DNA of 63,813 nucleotides, counting the filler, from Hyphochytrium catenoides (Eukaryota > Protista > Hyphochytriomycota), in NCBI GenBank assembly GCA_900088475.1. It is 10 parts of 10 records of this genome, joined end to end, with 100 filler letters (N's around TTAATTAATTAA, not from the genome) between each part and the next. Parts side by side here need not be neighbours in the genome. Positions count along the whole stretch, not along the records: positions 1 to 19,862 come from FLMG01000730.1; 9 more parts are not named here. One strand, written 5' to 3'. Shown one piece after another: positions 1 to 10,941 of the stretch. The translations under genes were made by a program, and so were the position numbers. Positions within the stretch are counted from its first letter, which is position 1, and every line of letters starts with the position of its first letter. Under the pieces are notes generated by a model that saw only the letters and a program-made list of their open reading frames with translations, had not been told where the DNA came from and did not search any database.

Positions 1-355
1 GAGAGAGAGAGAGAGAGAGAGGTGTCGAGGGAGACAGACAGAGAAAGAAGGAGAGATGAGAGAAGGGCAGAGAGTCAGAGACAACGGGTCGAAGATAACA
101 CTGATCAAAGAGAAAGAGGAGAAGAGCGGCGACACACATCAGTCCGAGCACCAACAGCAGCTCCTCTAGAGATTGAAGACCTACGAGTCCAAATCTTCAC
201 AGCAGAGAATGGAAGAGCGAAAGAGTGACAGTGCCAGGTCTGGCATGAGAAGGAGGCGAACCAGGGAAAAAGAAGGAGAAGAGGAGATGCTCCCCAATCT
301 TTCCTGGGAGTAGAGAAGGTAAGCAAACAGCTCAGCGGCAACAAACGCCCCTCAC

Positions 356-1075
356 CATGGAGCAGAAGCGTCCTAGATGATAGACCTTGGACTCTGTGGC
401 GCCAGCACCTGAATCCAGTAGTCTAAAAATCAAAGGGAAAGAGGAAGACTAAGTAAAAGGGAGAGAGAGAAAGAGAGAGAGAGAGGAAAGGATGAAAGGA
501 GAGACCAAGTCCGACAGAATAGATTAACGAGAGCTTCTTTGTGGGTAGAACGGAAGCCATGCAAACTGTGAGCCTTAGAGCGGAAGGAAGAAGGCTTACA
601 TTTGCAGCTTTGTTCTCCAGTCTTCTCCGTACATCTGCTCAGGTTCGTACGAGGGGCCACAGAAACGCACCTAAAGAGACGAAGGGAGAGAGAGAGATTG
701 AGACTGGAGATAAAGAGAGAGAGAAATAGTCGTTTACCGTGTGCGTGCAGGTATGATTCTGTCTATTGCACGCTGCGCATACACTTTCGCCGCATCCTCC
801 CTGAGACACTCTGTGCCCTGGATGCTTCTGTTTCGGGAAAGAGGACCATGAAGAGGTAAGGAAGGGAGGGGCTACCAATAGAATAGGGAGGCTAGGCTTA
901 GCCGGGGGAGGAGAGATACAGCGAAGAGGGAGAGAGTAAGTAGCACAAACAATGAGAGAGACTGGGACAGACTGCATGTTTTCAAAAGCAAGGATCGAGG
1001 CAAGGTCATGCAGACGAACAACCATTAGGCAAAAGAATAAAAAAGAGATAGGGAAACAAAGAAAGAAAGAGAGGT

Positions 1076-1139
<64 letters not shown>

Positions 1140-1619
1140 AGGGAGAGAGAGAGGAGGAGGAGACGAGGTGATGGTCCTACTTCACCTTCAGATCAGAGAA
1201 ATATTCCACATGCCACGCGCTGCTCCCTACGAGAGATTCCCGCCAGCAAACGAGCTTGTCTTCGACCTTTCGGTGATTGGCAGAGGTGAAAGTGTAAGGC
1301 GACAAACGCAGGAATGGATGCGTGGAAACGAAGAGATGTCGTCCTCGTCCTTACCAGCTTGATGGCCGTGCGGACCTCAGGGTGCTTGCCCTTCCTAACA
1401 TCCATGTAGTAACTATTATCTAGCTTTAAGATAGCGGGAGCAGTGCAGGCGAGAGAGAGAGTAGAAGAGAGAGAGAGACAGAGAGAAGGGCAACAGGTGA
1501 GGAAGAAGAATTGGGGTAATACGAAATCGAACGTGATCAATCAAATGACTCTTGCGTCCATAACGCCTCCCCCCTGCTACCGTCTCTCTCCATTTTCATG
1601 ACTATTGTCCCTCTCTCTC

Positions 1620-1655
<36 letters not shown>

Positions 1656-2672
1656 CTCTCTCACACACACTCTCTCTCACACTCTCACTCTTTGTCTCTC
1701 GCTAGCTATTCGGCACACACACGCACACCGGACACAGCTTTTGGATCCCTGGCCTGTCCCTTCTCGCCACTGGGTCATCGTCCTCTACTACTTCCTCTTC
1801 TCCCTCTTTCCTTTTTTGTTTACTCTTCTCTTCTAATGAACTGTCTACTCCCCCTTCTGTCGTACCAGTGCTCTGATGAGATACTGAAGGTAAAGGATGA
1901 AGGCGTTCCTCGGGTCTTTCTGAGCCTTCAAAGAGCGGAAGAGAAGGAGAGGATCTGTGTCATCCTCCACATCCGGATGCAGGCGTCGCGGGCGCTTAGA
2001 CCCGGCAGATCTTCTAGCTTTAGACCCAGAACCTAAGGGAGAGAGAACGAGAGAGGGAGAAAACCGACGAGAGGGCGCAAGAGAGAGAGACACACACATA
2101 TAAGAGCAGCAGATATATCACAATCCAAAGGCTCAGTGGTCTAAAGAAGAGAGGTGAAGAGAAGGATAAATGACTTTTGACGAGAGGGAAAAGAAGAGAG
2201 AGAAGAGAAAATGAAGAGGAAGAGAAGGAAAGGGACGGGGCAGAGCTGGACGAAGAGAGAGATGGCAGAAGAGAGAAGGTAGAAGAGAGAGAGTGAAAGA
2301 GCAAGAAAAACAATGGAGAGAGAGAGATGTTGAATTAGAAGTCAATGGGCTCGTCGGAGCTCTCAGGCCTACCACCCAGCATATCTTGTTTCTCTGAGCT
2401 CTTCTGCCTCTTCATGGCAGGTGCCACCACTGGAGTTTCTTGCCTGCTCTTCTCTTTAGCTCTACCACGTCTCTCTCTCTCTTTCTTTTCTCCTCTCTTG
2501 CCTCCATTTGCTTCCTCCTCTGAGGCCGAAGAGACGGCACTCTCTTCCACCTCATCGTCCGCCACGAGAAAATCTCTCATGCTGTCACTGTCAGAGGCCT
2601 CGTCCGCAGACCTGCGACGGAGGAGAAAGAGCCATGAGTAAAAGAATGGGACGGCAACAGAGAAAGAGAGAC

Positions 2673-2707
<35 letters not shown>

Positions 2708-3036
2708 AGAAGGAGAATGAGTAAATAGGGAGACAAGGTGGGTCGAGAACTGCGAAGGAAAGAGAGGAGCTTCTGCTTTGAGAAGGCTGTAGAGAGCGTC
2801 TTACCTTTTGTCAGCGTTAGCAATGAGAGCACCAGCGGATTTCCTAGACTCAGAACCTGAGTCAGCTGTCTGATCTTCCCCGTCTGCCTCTTCCCTCCTT
2901 TTCTCATAATAGTAAACCCTTTTTTCGCCTCTCCCCTTCCTTTCTATCACCAGCGGCAGCTGTCTTCAGCCAACACTCTACTCTCTCTCTTTCTCGCTTT
3001 CTTTGTGTGTGTGTGCCATTCTCGCATGTCTGGCTC

Positions 3037-3068
<32 letters not shown>

Positions 3069-4022
3069 NNNNNNNNNNNNNNNNNNNNNNNNNNNNNNNN
3101 NNNNNNNNNNNNNNNNNNNNNNNNNNNNNNNNNNGTCCTTCCTGCTGCTAGCCGCTGGCATGTACCACTCTCTTTCTTCCTTCCCCCCTTCTCTCCCTGT
3201 CTCGCTCTTGCTCTCTCTCTCTCTCTCTCTCGTCACTTCCCCTTAGTTCCTCCTCCCCCTAGGTAGTGAATATGCTTACCTTGCTGTCACTATTGGTGGG
3301 CTACTCCTCCTCTTCTGTCTCTTTCCCTCTTTCCTCTCTCTCTCTTGCTTTCTCTTTTTCAAAGATGAAGACGATTCTTCAAAGTCCTCACTGTCTGCCG
3401 TCTCTTCCAAAGAGGAGGAGAAAGAGAAAGAAGGATCATCCAGTCTGCCGGTCTTCTCTTTCGCCTTGAACTGTTGATGCTTTGTCGGCTTTGAATGGGC
3501 AGATCGCGTGATACGCGGCTTGGAAAGAGAGAGACGATGGGTTTGTTCTCTCTCATCTCTCTCTCTCTCCTTGTTGGCGGGTGTCTCTCCTTCTCTCGTG
3601 CCTTGGAACACCACTTCTGCGTCAGAATCTGAATCCAAGCCATCCAGAGCAGGCGCTGGGCGAGAGAGAGACTTGCGAAGAGAGAAAGACCTTGCTGCAC
3701 TCTTCTCTCCTTGTCCTTTCTCTTTCTCTAATGGTCTAGGCACCGGAGTACTCAGACTCCCATTCTCTTTGTTTAAAAGAAGCACCGCTTCTTCATCACT
3801 GTCTGTCTCTTCTGCATCGGAGAGAATCCTCTTCTTCTTGGTGGAAGAGGCTGGGGTGGCGGTGGAAGACGCGGGAGAGAGGTTCTCCTTCTCTTTGCCT
3901 TTGTTTTTCCCTGGAGTTCGCGTGGTTTCTTCAGTGTCTAGGCTATTGGGTCTCTCCTTGGAGCTATCTCTCTCTTCCTCGTCATCATCATCCACAGTGT
4001 AAAGAGTACTCTTCCTTGTCAT
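356..4022 (-). CDS. DUF4211/CCDC82-like protein; multi-exon, acidic low-complexity N-terminus, 3' end not resolved
   Basis: The C-terminal exons splice in phase: ...NAFILYLQYLIRAL|LDNSYY...AIKL|VEDKLVCWRESLVGSSAW...DLK|KHP...CAACNRQNHTCTHT|VRFCGPSYE...|...YHLGRFCSM. The SSxW, CxACxR, FxGxxY and GRFC motifs resemble DUF4211. The N-terminal exon is ORF 3276..4022. The linkage across 2800-3280 is uncertain because of an N gap. Confidence 0.7.
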
Positions 4023-4395
4023 TGTTCGTGGAGGTCTCTTCTGGCCTCTGTCCTCTCTCTCTCTCTACCTGCCGTCTCTCGTCTGTGCACGTTGGCTGTC
4101 TGTCTTCTCTCCTAGTCTCTTTCTCCTCGGCTGTCCTGGTTCTTTCTTCTCGCGCTAAGGAGTAATATCTCTCCGCAGTCTCAGAAGTGCAACGCGACAA
4201 TCTGAAGAATCTCTCTTCTCATCTCATCGGCTTGCTCAGTCTTGCCGTCTCTGTTGCTTACACCACAGGCTTCTCTCTTCCTCTCTCCCCACTGCAGGGC
4301 GGTCTCTCACTTCTTTCTCTCTCTCTCTTTCTCTCTCTCTCACGCTCTGTCTCTTCAGAACCCAAGTCTCATCCTAAGAACAGCAGTAACAAAAT

Positions 4396-4538
4396 GCGCG
4401 GGAACTAGCCCGCGAAAATTTCAAGTACTGAATCCTTCAATTTCTCCAAAAATTACAATCCGCTAAACTCTTTATCTTCCACCAAGGAAACCTTTCGCAA
4501 CAATGGAAGTGAAGGTTTCGCGCCAGGTGGTTTCGCGC
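4396..4538. promoter_or_regulatory. Cluster of E2F-like sites upstream of the DUF4211 gene
   Basis: TTTCGCGC at 4516-4523 and 4531-4538 matches TTTSSCGC. Near-matches on the reverse strand: TTCCCGCGC at 4396-4404 and TTTTCGCGGG at 4409-4418. Confidence 0.4.
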
Positions 4539-4854
4539 GCTTTGAAGACTTTTCGTTGTTGGTCCTCTCTCTTTCTCTCTCTCTCTCTCTTTCCTCTCTC
4601 TCTCTCTCTCTCTCGTTCTCTCTCTCTCTCTTTCTCTCTCTCTGTCTCTCCCTTGCCCACTCTTCCGCACTAGCCGCCGCTCTCTGCGGAACGCTGTCTC
4701 CTCCGCTGGCTTCCGCTATGTCTCTGAGTTCTGTCTCTTCTTCTCTCCTCACTCTACTTTTACCTCTCTGAGCGCAGAGTTCTAGGACCACAGAGCGTCA
4801 AACAGTTACTCTCTGCCCAGGCGCTTTATATTGCTAGAGCACTTCTCTCTCGGA

Positions 4855-5416
4855 CTATTCTCTCCGCCCGTGGAGCGTCCTACTCTTTCTCCTCTGCGAA
4901 GCCTCTTCTCTCCCTCAGCCACTGATACACTTTCTGCTTGCATTTTTCAAGACCTGGTGAGGAGATCAGAGGGCGGGCAATAGAAAGTCATAGTAGAGTG
5001 AGGTTAGACGGTGGGCGAAGGCAACGCAACGACAAACCTTTCTAGAGAGAGAGAGAGAGACAAAAGAGAGAGAGAGAGAGAGAGAGAAAGAAAACGACTA
5101 AGCAGAAGCAGAGGAGTAAGAACAACACGAAAGGGACTGGACGAGAACGCAACCAGAGAAGAAGGCCCCCTACGTACTTGTCGCTTCCATGCTGTCCAGC
5201 CAGGGAGAATACATTAGCTCATCTGCTGACTGGCGCATCTCAGGCTATCAGCGACGATGAGGAGAGAGCGAGAGAGAGCGAGAGAAGAGAGAGAAGGGAG
5301 AGAAAAGCGGAGAGAAAGGTTAGCCCCAGAATTGTTCCTAATCTCAAGCACACCAGCTCTCACAACCTCGCTACTCTTCTGTGTATACCCCTTATCCTAG
5401 CTCATATTTCTCTCTT

Positions 5417-5447
<31 letters not shown>

Positions 5448-6155
5448 TTTCAACCCTTTCTCCTTCCCTGCTTCTGCTGTCATATGTTCCTCCCGTGGAT
5501 ATCTTTCGTCTCCCGCTGTCAGAAAGCGTCTCCGTACCTTCTTCTGCAGACAGTTCTCAATAAACCCCTCGAAGTCTTCGCTGAACTCTCCTTTGATCGG
5601 ACACAGCCAGTCAATAACGGAAAGCACTAGAAGTAGCAACAGTTGTTGCCGCAGACCACTATGGTAGAGAGAAAGACCGACAGAGAAAGAGAGAGACAGA
5701 GGAAGGGGAGAGAGAAAAGGAAGGGGAGGGGAACGGGCAGAAGTAGGAGCAGATAGAGTGAGGACAAGAGAGAGAGAGGCGAGAGGGAGAGAGAGAGAGG
5801 GAGTGCAGCTCTCCTACCTTTGGGAAGGCGGGGTGGGTCGCCTTCAACCACCGTTTGAATAAACTGGGACAAAGGGACCAAGCGAAAGGAGAGAAAGAGA
5901 GAGAAAGGGGGCGCAGCCCAGTGGCGAGATTAGTGGAAAGACAGAGACAAGACGAGAAAGAAAAGTGAAGAAAGAAAGAGACCGAACCAATTATGTGTAA
6001 CCTCTGTCTCTTCTCCTTTGGCGCTGTCTTACCTCAATTCTGATCTGTAGGTCTTTGTATGGACTCCGGCCGGTTGCGCACTCCACAAGAACGAGTCCAA
6101 AGCTCCAGATATCAGACGCAAAGCTGGACACATGATGGTGAGGTACGCAAGGACA

Positions 6156-6195
<40 letters not shown>

Positions 6196-7641
6196 ACACG
6201 CGCGAGACAGAGAGAGAGAATGGAATTAAGAGAGAGAGAGCGAGGGAGAGAGAGAGACGGAGAGAGAGAAAAGAGAAAGACAGCGTGGAAACAGACCTAA
6301 GAATGACGAAGAGAGACTGAGGGAGAAGAATTGGTAGAAAGCCAGAGGAAGCGACAGAGGAGGAAGGACAGAAAATGACGCACTTATACTTCTCGTTTCG
6401 TAATCTCTCCGGAGACATGTACTGGAAAGTACCGACAAAGGTCTTGGCCATAGCTGCAAGGATAGGAGGGGAATGTCGGAAAGAGAAAAAGGTAAAGAGC
6501 AAAAGAGACAGCGAGAGAGAGAGGGAGAGAGAAAGCGCAGATAGAGAGAGAGAATAAAGAGACGTTAACCAAAAGTGGAAAGTGTCCGTACTCCACAGTC
6601 GATGAAGTGAGGGAGACAGGGGCTAACCTGAGTCACCGTCCAGTTGTCTTGCCAGGCCAAAGTCACTCAGTTTGACTAGCCCTGTGTTTGTCAGAAGGAT
6701 ATTCTGTGGCTTGATATCCTGGAGAGCGGAAGAAAAGAGGTGAAAGGAGTTCATGGTTTGCACAGCTAGGAAGAGAGAACAGATATAATGGGAGAGGGCG
6801 AAATAAAGCGAAAGACGATTGTGGAGCACAGGAGACACTCGGATAACCAGAGCACAGGTGGAGTGCGCTTGGAGAAGGGAGCCATAAGGTGAGGAGAGGG
6901 CCACAGCGCAGGAGCAGCAGAGAGAAGAAAGAAAGAGTAGGAGAGAGAGAGAGAGACAGCACGAGAGAGACAAGGCGTGCGGAGAGGCAAGAAAAGAGAG
7001 ACAAAGAGAAGAGAGACAGAGAGGCGCACGATAGAAAAGGTGAAGCAATGTAGACAAAACTCAAAGGACAAGGAGACTGAGGCAAGGAAAGGAGAGGACA
7101 GAGCTTAAAAAGGGAAGTAGAACAGGAACCAGATCCATGGCCTTACCCGATGGAACTGATTCAAGCTCTGGAGGTAGTTCAGGCCGCTAAGCACCTGGAA
7201 GGCAATCGCCGCTATAGTGGGCTCAGGGATGGATGGACCGTACTGCCAGGGTCCAGACACCAACAGCGAGAGAGAATGGCATTTTCGCCAGCGTTATGAC
7301 AGTGCAAAGGAAGAGGAAGGTCTATGGGAGATAGAACAGAACATAGAAAGAGTGATAGACGGAGAGGGAAAGGTGATAGGAAGAGACACGAACGCGGGAC
7401 GCCACAGAGAGAGAGACAAAGAGATAGAGGCCAAAGCGATAAATCGGAGAGGACGAGATATCTTAGATCTCACCTTGGCGAGCACTCTGTCGAGTGAGCC
7501 CATATCGCAAAATTCTAAACATACATTCACACTGATCTCGCTGAGGAAAGCCCCAAGAAACTGCACGACACTATGAAGGAGAGAGAGAGAGCGAAAGAGA
7601 ACGAGAGACACACAGAGAGAGGAAGAGAGAGAAAACGAGAG

Positions 7642-7679
<38 letters not shown>

Positions 7680-9411
7680 GAGGAAATGTGAGAGCGTGAG
7701 TCAGACTGCTAAAAAGAAAGCGAGAAGAAGCCGTTAGCCAATGAGGAAGAAATAAACGTCCGGCTGGCTAGTTGGCAGAGAGAAAGAGAATAAAAGCGCA
7801 TGGAGAGAAAGACAGACAGAGGCAAAGGCGGCAGACTCCTTGGAGCCTCACTTTGGACAAGAGGCGTTATATAGAGCCTTGATCTCTCTTAGCACCTGGT
7901 CCCGCTGTCCCTTCTCATAGATGTTAATGACCTGGTCTCGAAGAAAGCGAGTCGGTGGAAGAAAGAAGCAGCAGCAAAGCAGAAACGGAAGGATAGAGAC
8001 CGCTTTAGGAGGTGCTACAGAGAGGGAAACGTGTATGGTCCACAACTTGGATCTTATCAGGGACAGGGAACAGGGACAGGGAAAAAGATATTCGACGGCA
8101 CGTAAGTTTTAGGGAAGAGAAGCTTCGATTGAGATAGAAGCCCTGAGAGAGAAAAGCAAAGAAAGAGATTAGAGGTATTGAAAGAGATGGAGCGAGAGCG
8201 CGAGAGAGGTATTGTGAGGAAGAGAGAGAGAGGGCAACGAGCGAGAGATTAGAGAGAGAGAGAGAGCTTATTTTGGGGACGATGTGACCTTGACGGCTAT
8301 GACAGTGTTCGACGGAAGATGAATCATCTTCCGAACCTGGCCACTGCTGCCCCTCCCAATGACTTCCACAAGCTCAAGATCTTGCTCCTTTATCTCCTAT
8401 ACAGTCTCAGTTAATAGAAGTGTCCCAAGCTGCACTTTGTAAACCAGACTTTGTAGACGACTGCGGTCAAATCAATTTCCTTTGGCTTCCTTGCCCCACG
8501 GTCTTCCTTTTCTTTCTCCATCTGTCTCCAAAAGCATCCGCACCAATATTCTCAACCTCCTTTCACTCTCCATTATCACCATGCTCTCTCTGGCTTGTAG
8601 CTTATTCAGGCTCTTCCCTCCTTTCTTCCATTTCTCTCTTTCTTGTCAAGAGCTTAGCTTCCTCGCTTGTCCTTCTCTAAATCTGTCTCAAACTTTGATC
8701 CTAGACTACTTCTCAAGCCACAAATTACCGCCAAGCTCTTCTTTCTTCCTGGTGTTGGACTCTTCTCTTCGATTGTCTCATCAATAAATAGCCCTTCTCT
8801 GTGCATCGTTGGTGGTTAAGGCGATCCAATCGGGTGAACAGTGAGTAACAGCATCTTCCGTGAGAAGGGATGCAAGGAGATTGGTATGCAGACCCGCCGC
8901 GCGAGGAGGAGGCTGTACGGCAAAGGAGACGGCGAGGAAAGAAAGAAGAGTGTAACAGAGAGAGAAAGAAAGAGAGCGAGGGAACGAAAGAAAGGAAGAG
9001 GCAGAGAGAGACAAACACAGAGAGAGAGAAAGAGGGGGCAGAGAGAGAGAAACTCAGAGAGAGATAATGGAGGCAGCAAAGAAAGGAACCAACCATGAGA
9101 GTGATTGAAGAGAGAGGACAGAGTAGGGAGATGGCCTGTATGGATAAGAGACAGTAAGAAGCAGAAGCAAAGTGGTAAGAAAGGGGCAGACGAGCCAATC
9201 TTCCATGAGAATTGAAATGTGAAGATGCTGGGAAGGATATGGAGATGGAAAACCCTTCTCTCTTGAACGTCTTGTCTCCGGCGCGGTAGGACATCATCAT
9301 CGCCTCCTCCTTTCCGTCATCCTCTTCTCCATCACTCTCCACCGCCAGAGGAGTCAGGGGCCTCCTTCGCGGAGAGGACGAAGCAGCCGCGGAACTCTTT
9401 TTCTCTGACAT
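4855..9411 (-). CDS. MAP kinase kinase (STE7/MEK family), about 13 exons; intron 1 is AT-AC
   Basis: The spliced model gives VIGRGSSGQV, IAVK, REIKAL, CLEFCDMGSLD, HR|DIKPQNILL, KLSDFG, AMAKTFVGTFQYMSPER, SDIWSFGLVLVECATG and FSEDFEGFIENCLQK. ATG at 9411; TAG at 4855-4857. Confidence 0.93.
8801..9240 (-). other. U12-type AT-AC intron in the MAP kinase kinase gene
   Basis: 5' splice site ATATCCTT at 9240; branch CCTTAAC at 8821-8815; 3' splice site CAC at 8803-8801. Removal gives in-frame GFSIS|REGLFIDE, which continues into the kinase exons. Confidence 0.85.
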
Positions 9412-10229
9412 TGATAGCCGTGCTCTTGAGGCTGACTGCACCAGCCCTACCAGGGTTATTGGCCTTATGTTTGCGGTATCTATCCTCTAATGATAAAGTA
9501 CAGTCTTGTCCGCTTCCATCTCTGTTCCTTCACTTATTGCTTCCGCGGAGCTGGGCAGTGCAATAGCAGAATGAGGAGGGAGCGTACCGCTTCCACTCTG
9601 TCTTGAACGCAGGAATATCGGGCAGGATGACCCAGGTATCTCGACTTCCAAGGTCAACTCTACCAGGCATGGGAGCTAGGAGAGAGAGCGCATCAAGGCA
9701 GTGCTATTGGGGATGATCAACTGGCCTAAGAGATTGCTCTGCTTGCCTCTATCGAGCATCATCCAGCCGCCCCGCTAAGAAAATTCTTCGCACAGAGACA
9801 CAGATGCACTGTCTAAGGCGCTGACGAAGCGGCAGCGGCCGGGCGGCGATGGAAAGGAAGCTTGAAGCTGCTGAAGATACACAAAGAATCAAACTCTATG
9901 ATTCCTTAAACAGTTATCACAACATTTAGTTTCTGTGGGAGATGATTATGACTTGCGTCCATACTTGACATTTTGGAACAATCGGGTTAAGGGTAATTGA
10001 CAAGAATAAGCTTATTTGACACCAAATACCTCGTGATTGTGAGGTCAAAGTCAAGAAAGGCGTCAATTATCTCCTAGATTATCACTTACACAGAAACCCC
10101 TTCACGAAAGGACATCGGAAAGATTACGTCAATAGAAAAAATATGAAACATTTTATTCCCCTAGAAATGTATTGTTTAATAGTGAAGAGATAGAAATGTT
10201 TCGCTTTGCCTTTTGTTTCGTTCATCGAA

Positions 10230-10468
10230 GGTCATTTCTTTGATGTCTTCGAAGAGTCAGTCAAGCTTTGGACGGTGGAATCAGCAGGTAAGACAGCACC
10301 TGTCATGGGAGAGAGAGAGAGAGAGAGAGAGAGTGAGAGGAGAGAGAGAGAGTGAGAGAGAGAGAGCGAGAGAAAGACAGAAGAGAGTGAGGGAGAGAAA
10401 GACAGAAGAGAGAAAGACAGAAGAGAGAGAGGGAGAGAGGAAAGAGAGAGAGACAGAGAGGGAGAGAG

Positions 10469-10502
<34 letters not shown>

Positions 10503-10822
10503 ACACCGAGAAGAGCAAGACAAAGAGGGTACCATAGATGGATGTATCATCCTTGCCATGACCTGGCTACTCTCAGGAGCTTGCAGCACAGCGCGCACAA
10601 TAGCAGGACAAGCAGCCGCAAGAAGTGGAGCCATGGCATAGAGATTATCGACAGAGAAGAGAGAGAATTGACACCGTCGTCTCCTTCATAGTCATTTACT
10701 GTCCAGCTTTGTTCCTTCTTTTCTGTGAGTAGCAATTCCCTCCGTAGGGATGTACGGTTAGTTGCACCTGGCGCTGTAAAAGAGTTCTCCTCGCGAATCT
10801 TTCTGCTATCCTGGGCTCCCAT
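10230..10822 (-). CDS. Possible small spliced gene, head-to-head with the ELMO gene; reading frame unresolved
   Basis: A GT...CAG intron candidate at about 10562-10300 has a sense-strand (CT)n tract like the other introns. ATG at 10822 (MGAQDS...). No recognisable domain. Confidence 0.3.
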
Positions 10823-10941
10823 CCTCTTTCCCTCTCTCTCTCTCTCTCCCTCTCTCTCTCTGTGCGTCTCTGTCTGTTCTCTCTCTCTCTTGCCGAGCTT
10901 TCTCCTCATTCTGTTGCTGAGGAACGATAGAGGTCTGAAAG

